Below, piece after piece: positions 57,453 through 64,000 of a stretch of 64,000 nucleotides of DNA; within the stretch, counting starts at the first letter, position 1; each line of letters opens with the position of its first letter. A program made the position numbers and the translations under genes. This DNA is from the human T2T-CHM13v2.0 reference genome, Homo sapiens. The notes beneath the pieces are model-generated. The model saw nothing but the letters and a program-made list of their open reading frames with translations, did not search any database and was not told where the DNA came from. Where the stretch lies: NCBI RefSeq assembly GCF_009914755.1, contig NC_060948.1. One strand, 5' to 3'.

Positions 57453-59532
57453 CCCCTGACCACAGTTTGTTAGTCCCCCCACCAGAATGAGGAACACAGA
57501 GGTGATCTCTGGCAGCTGCTTATTTAACTGAAGCCTATCTCTGGTGCTGTCTCTGCTGATGAGGTGCTGTTGACCCACAGGGCTTGGGCCTAATTGCAGT
57601 GGAGAAATAGTCTGGAACCTACCTGGTGAACATGCTAGGCACTACCATCACCTCCACCCTTCCCCTGATCTATTGGCCTTACTAAGATGCACTGTAGCCC
57701 TGTCACAGGGACTGGCCCTATCACAAGGATTTTCAGATGGGGAAACTATCTCCTCAGTTGGGTGAAGAATATGGGACTGTTTGAAGGAATGCTCCTCTGG
57801 TCTGGAATCGGTTTGGAAGGCCTTCTGTTCATCTTTGTTGTGTGTGTTTGTATTTGTGGATGGTATCTCTGAAGAAATTGCTGATGAAAGTCCAGCAGGC
57901 TTAACTCAGAGAAGCCTCCTTATTTGTCTGGTCACATTTGGTAAGCCCTGAAGCAATTGTTAGTGGAAGTCAACAGGCCTGACTAGGGGTGATTATCCCC
58001 TCTTCAAATTGCCCTACACTACCCATTGAATTCTCAGTCAGAGGTCCCTCCTCACTTTGAATGGATCAAAGAAAACAGGGAGCAAAGGAAATTGGTCAAT
58101 ATTGGGTGTTCAGCAAGGTGACTAATGTCTGTCCCTTTTGTTATGTGTATTTTGTGACAGCTGGGATGGAAAATGTTAATTTGGTTCCCCCAATGAGGTT
58201 TCCCCATGCAGCCCATTGGGTGGCATCTTGCAAAATTAAGAGGCTTTTGCCTAAGGCTCCATGAAATGGAAAAAGGTGATTTTCCTTTGTGACTATAGTG
58301 CAGTGAGCAGGGTCGCCAGGGCCCCAAGGGAAAGGGAACTTGGAAAACTGGCATGCCAGCAAAAGAAATAGAATGAATTTCTTACCAATCAGGCTTCTGG
58401 CTCCTCTCTCTCTTTGTGCAAACCAGTTGAGTGATCTGTAAAAATCACTGTTTATTAATGAGAAAAAGGATTTGTGAGGCAAGTCTGAGACTGTAGTGAA
58501 TCTGGTGTACCTTGCACTATGAATTAGTCTTTCTATGCCATTCTGTCATAAAGAGGGGTACCGCAGAATAGAATGTGTATTTAGGACCCCTATCAGCTTG
58601 CTACTCAAGCCAGCCCGGCAGGTTCGTCAGTTACAAACTATGCTACAGATCCCTGGAGCAAAAACTAGATAAAGGTTTCTTCTTGTCTTGCTTTACATCC
58701 TTGAGAGCATGACTTTATGACTATGTGGGGTACTCTCTTTTGGGCCTGTACCATCTGGAGGGCTGGAATATTTGAGTTTATGTCAGGTAGCCAGTCTGAG
58801 AGGACAAGCGGTCTGAGATGAATCAGCATGTTCTTCATCCTGAATATGCCAAGCCCCTGGGTGAGCTTTGTCTTAAAAGTCCTCGTCTTTGTTGGGATTT
58901 TCTCATCTTTTGCTATCTTAAGCCCATTTCTGAAAGTAAATTCTTGGGAATCATGGGGATCATGGGGATTATGGAGATATCTCCTCTACTCTCTTTCTGG
59001 AAACACCTTTTGCTGATATGGTAAAAGCCTGGAAATTTGAGATCTAGACTTTACCAGACTTTTTGAATTGAGTCGCTATTGGAACTGAGGATACCATTAA
59101 AAGAAAAAGGTTAAATTAAAAGAAGGATCCATAATAATAACATGGTTCCTGAGCAGTTAAAATCCTTTGCAAGCTTGAAAATGTTCAAGACTCCCTCAGG
59201 GAAGAATAACAGCAGTCACCTTTGCTCTGGGTCAGTTGCTAACTCTTTACCCTCTCCAATTGGTGGCCTGGGTTCAGTTTTGGCTTTGGAGTGAGTCCTT
59301 TGAGGTTTAATACTTGTAGAAATTTTGCCATTTATTGATATTTTTTCCCTCCATGGAGAGCTTCTGGTCTTGAATTTTCTTTTATCTGAACTACCTTTGG
59401 GGAGATTCTAGATCTTGTAAAAATCACTTACCATTTCTTTGGAGACGCCTCGTGTGCCTGTTGCTAAGCTGTCCCCTTAGTAATGGCTTATTGATTTCAC
59501 ATAGGAGGTTACCTTTAGTAAAAAAGATTCAA

Positions 59533-59836
<304 letters not shown>

Positions 59837-62800
59837 TCAAATGCCAGAAATATTGGCTATTTATCCTGGCTAAAATAAAATATTTTAAAAGGATTTTTCT
59901 TTGGAGAGCTCCATAGATAATGGAGCTATATGCATGCAGATGTTGTTTTAAAGTCCCTGCCCTGCCTTTAAACACTTCTCAGTTGATGGAACTCTGTCTT
60001 GATTCTCTGTTTCTGTCTGTGTGTGTATCTACATGTATATATGTAGTGTTTATTTAAAAGAGCTCTAATGAATTGGCTTAATGAATAATAAGCGCTTAGA
60101 TCAAATTTCAGAAAGAAACTTTAACATGTTTTAGGTCATGTGACTGATAATCTTTGAAAAATAAAGACAGTTAAAAGATTACTGGTAAACTAAAATAAAA
60201 ATGTTTTTAAAGTTTATACATTTGGTGTAAATTAGGCAGGTCAGATATGGTTTGCTAGATGCTTTAAGGTAATAAACGGCTTCTATGACTTTTAATAATT
60301 GTTGATTTGTCTGTTTTACAGTCATTAGATTCTAAATAAGGTCTGGAGACATACAGAGTTAGCCAGATTCCCTGGCTAGGCTGGGAAGAGTCAGACATTG
60401 TATGCAGCTTTGTCTTTGTCATGGGCTCTGCAATGTTATACGTGGTTAAAATTGCTTGCTTACCAGGTTTTTTACCAAAACTAAAAGTTGCTAAGGGTTA
60501 ACAGCATAGCATGTACTTGAGACTACTGGAAAAACAATTTTACATTCATGTTGTGAAAGGAAAGTAGAATTTGTTTTTGGTAAGAGGTTATAAGAAGGCA
60601 TGGGAATTTTTGTTGTTGTTGTTAAAGGGCATGTAATTTTGTCTAGCTCAGAAGTTTAAAAAAAAATTTCTTAAAAGAGTAATGGGACAAAACAAATTTG
60701 AAGCAAGTTGCAAAGGGTTTGTGAAGGATTGATCTTGTAAATGAAGTTCTGTGGGTGTTAACAAATGGCTAAAATTTGAAGGAGATGATCTAGTTTTTCT
60801 GTAGGTTAAACATTAAAATAAAGTACACTAATGGTGGGCAAGAATCTGTGCCCATGTGTCTGAATAACATGTTTTTCTTAGAGAATGGACCTGCTGTTTA
60901 AGAGAAAATTGTAAAGAGTTATAAGAGGTTTCTGAAAATTTTACCTCATGGTCAAACTGATTAAGATGGTATAGATTTGTTTGTAAGATTTTATTAATAA
61001 TTGGGTTTAACATCTATAAGACATGAATGCAAAGGTGAGATTTTGTGCTCTCTTTTAAACAATATTTTAGTGTATTATGAAAATATTATAAAAGATTTTT
61101 GTATGCCTTTTGAATAAACGACAGAAATTAGAGGGGGGAGAGAGAAGACATCCAGTTGTTTTCAAGCTGTCTTTATTGAGTCCTGTTTGGAAAGCTGAAT
61201 CTCCCCTCTATCAGCAAGTAAAGAATTTTGCTTTTAAAATTTTCTTTAGTTATCCTTTTGGGCTAAATAAATGACTTACAGTTACTTGGGATTTGTTTTG
61301 TAATATCAAGTGTTTAAACATTTGATATTTGACAAACTTTCCATGGTCAAATTGTAAATTAAGCCCTTTTTTGATCTAATCAGGCTTTAGGAGCAGATAT
61401 TAAATACTCTAAAGTCCAAAAGAGATATATTTGGCTTATTTGGTATATCAAAATCATACAGGAAGCATTGTCAAGTAGAAAATTGTGTTTGGCTTTCTTC
61501 TTTGGGCTGTATTTGCATAAATGTGTTATTGGTGTGTGTTCCAGAATTGTGTGAGATTCTTGTAATTCTGATATGTCTCAGTATATGTTTTTAGTAATAA
61601 TTATGATTGTTATGTTATTATGTGCCACAGAGATGACCAGACTTTAATCATGGCTGTTTTGAGACTTTTTTCAGCCACAGTTGTTTTATTTTGATTTTTT
61701 TCAGGTTGGTTTTATAATCAGCTATAGGACTCTGACGGGTGCACTTGAATGCAGGTTTGTGATAACTTTGGAGATTGTGACATTAAAATAGAAGAAAGAA
61801 CTTCCAAGACTCCCATAGGGAGCTAATGTGTATGAATATCAAGCAGAACAGGAATTAATTACATAGACTGAATTAATGAAAAACCAAAATAATCTTCCTA
61901 CGAATTTGTTTAAAACATTGCTAATTTTTTTTTTTTGTTTTGGAGTCCAGCAAACCTTTTTTTTTTCTTGTGAGATATCTACAGCTTTAAATAATTTGGT
62001 AAAGTACCCTCCTGTGAGCAAAATCTGAAGCATATTTCTCTCTCCCTGATTTCTCCAGAACTTGAAAACTATTTCCAAGTGTACTTAATTTATGACAGGT
62101 ATAGTTATTTGCATAAGTTCGATAAGAATCTTTTTTCTTTTGTAACAGGAAAAAATTGGAGACACTGGTTATTTTACCATGGCATTGAATGAAATGGCAT
62201 ACTTTTAGATTCTTTTAAGGAGTCAAAGTTGACTTATAGAGCCAATAAAAGTCCCTTGGGAAAACTGACCTCGTAACTTGTCTACACAGTCCCTGTTTAG
62301 GGGTCCTGCCATGTGGTAAGTAAAGAATGTCACTTCCTGACAGGCCCAAAAAGCCGAAATTATCTTGGCACCTTGAGGTGAGAAATTCACCCAATTAATA
62401 CAGTTATTTGTAAGCATAGATAAATCTGTGGCTACACTTAAAGGCTTTAAAAAAGTTTAATCTAAGATTTCCTATGGAATAAAATTCCAGCAATGCGAAT
62501 TTAAAAAGGGACTGTGTGGTAAATAATTATTCTTGCTGACTTTATGCAAATACTCAGGCCAAGTATAGTAAGACTAAAACTTATTTTACAAATAAAGTAG
62601 TCTTGCTGTGATTTGTTTTTAGTAAAAACAAGGATTGGAGAGAGAAAAATTATATTTCAGAAAAAACTATAGTACACCTCTTATTACATTCTAGTCCCCT
62701 ATTTTGAGTTTTTATAATTTTCTGCAACTTGGAATGAATACTAAATTCTTTCCAGACTACAAGTCTCCATACTAATGCTTTCAAAGTTTTGTTTCCTTTT

Positions 62801-63498
62801 TCTTTTTTGACTTGGCCTCAATAAAATTGTCACTACCTCTTTCCTGAGGCCCTGTAAGTTAAAGCTTATTGCTTGTAATACAGGAGAGAGAAAAATGTGT
62901 CAGATTGTTACTACTGTCCTCCTCTATACCTAAAGATGCTTTAAATCTAACACCTGGATAAATTGTACCCAACATTAACCTTTGTTTTTCTTCTGTCTCT
63001 ATAAAACTGCCTCTTATTAAAATTAGTTTGCCTTCATAAAATAGAGAGGTCTAGCCAATCTGAAGTGCTACCTCCTCATGTGGGAAACAGCTGTTTAACT
63101 GAGCTGATCTAGTCTCGGGACTTAGACACTGACTCAAAAGATATTCAACTATACCGAAGATGGTATATTTAATTTGCTCTTTCCTGTTTATCCCAATCTG
63201 TCTTTCTAACAACCTATGGTTTGTTGTTCACTTAAGTGCTGTATTAGAACTGTGGGTGAGAATATTAATGTTTTTGTCATACACCAGTGAGTACACGCAG
63301 ATGGCTGCAAAGCAGCGGTTTTACTCATATTCTCCTGGGACCAACCTCCCCCAATTGTACCACCCGTCAGCAGGAAGAAGCCAGAGTAGTCATTGCTGTT
63401 TTTCCATCTCTGTGACCAACATCTTAAGAATAAGGTGAATAAAAGCCAAAGGGGGATTGAAACAACCTTTGCAAAAAATATATCAGTGAGAAAATTTT

Positions 63499-64000
63499 GA
63501 CTATGAGGAACTATATGCCAAAAAATTGGAAAATCTGTAAGAAATGGATAAATTTCTGGGCACATGCCATCTACCAAGATTAAACCATGAAGAACTCTAA
63601 AACCTGAACAAACCAATAACAAAAAATGAGATCAAAACTGTAATAAAAATTCTCCCAGGATATAAAAGCCCAAGACCTGATGGCTTCACTACTGAATTGT
63701 ACCAGAAATTTAAAGAACTAAATCCAAGCCTGCTCAAACTATCCCTAAAAATAGAGGATGAGAAAATACTTCCAAACTCATTCTACGAATCTAATATTAG
63801 CATGATAACAAAGCCAGTCAAAGACATGTTAAAGTAAAACAAAACAACAGGCCCCAATGTCTCTGATGAATATTGATGTAAAAACCTTAACAAAAAATTA
63901 GCAAACTGAATTAAACAATACACTAAAAAGATTATTTATCATGACCAAGAAGTCTTTATTCCTATTACACAAGGATGGTTCAGCATAAGCAAATCAATCA
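63499..64000 (+). mobile_element. L1MA ORF2 fragment (runs off window)
   Basis: GAAATGGATAAATT, AAAAGCCCAAGACCTGATGGCTTCAC, CTTCCAAACTCATTCTACGA, CAAGGATGGTTCA. Confidence 0.9.

Noticed and set aside
58949-58979. ATCATGGGG x3 in the ERV internal region
   Set aside because: Small slippage duplication with no evident significance.
63160-63438. Hydrophobic ORF before the purine tract as an env remnant
   Set aside because: The position fits, but no immunosuppressive-domain or CX6CC motif is visible.

Overview
AT-rich primate (human-like) intergenic or deep-intronic DNA, mostly transposable-element debris. It holds several old L1MA/L1M and L1PA LINE-1 copies (most internally deleted, inverted or fused), 14 Alus, two LTR-int-LTR THE1 elements, one MST element, lone MaLR LTRs, an LTR8-like ERV1 provirus with a tRNA-Pro primer-binding site, MIR/L2 relics and microsatellites. 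No intact protein-coding gene, RNA gene or CRISPR array is supported. The listed ORFs are degraded L1/Alu/LTR frames or chance ORFs. The main leads are two well-formed minus-strand exon candidates (12185-12354, 38810-38860), a minus-strand THE1D LTR that keeps a DUX4 motif, TATA-like box and splice donor pointing toward the first candidate, and several unusual L1 rearrangement junctions. Subfamily names are by-eye recollections of consensus sequences and need RepeatMasker/Dfam confirmation.
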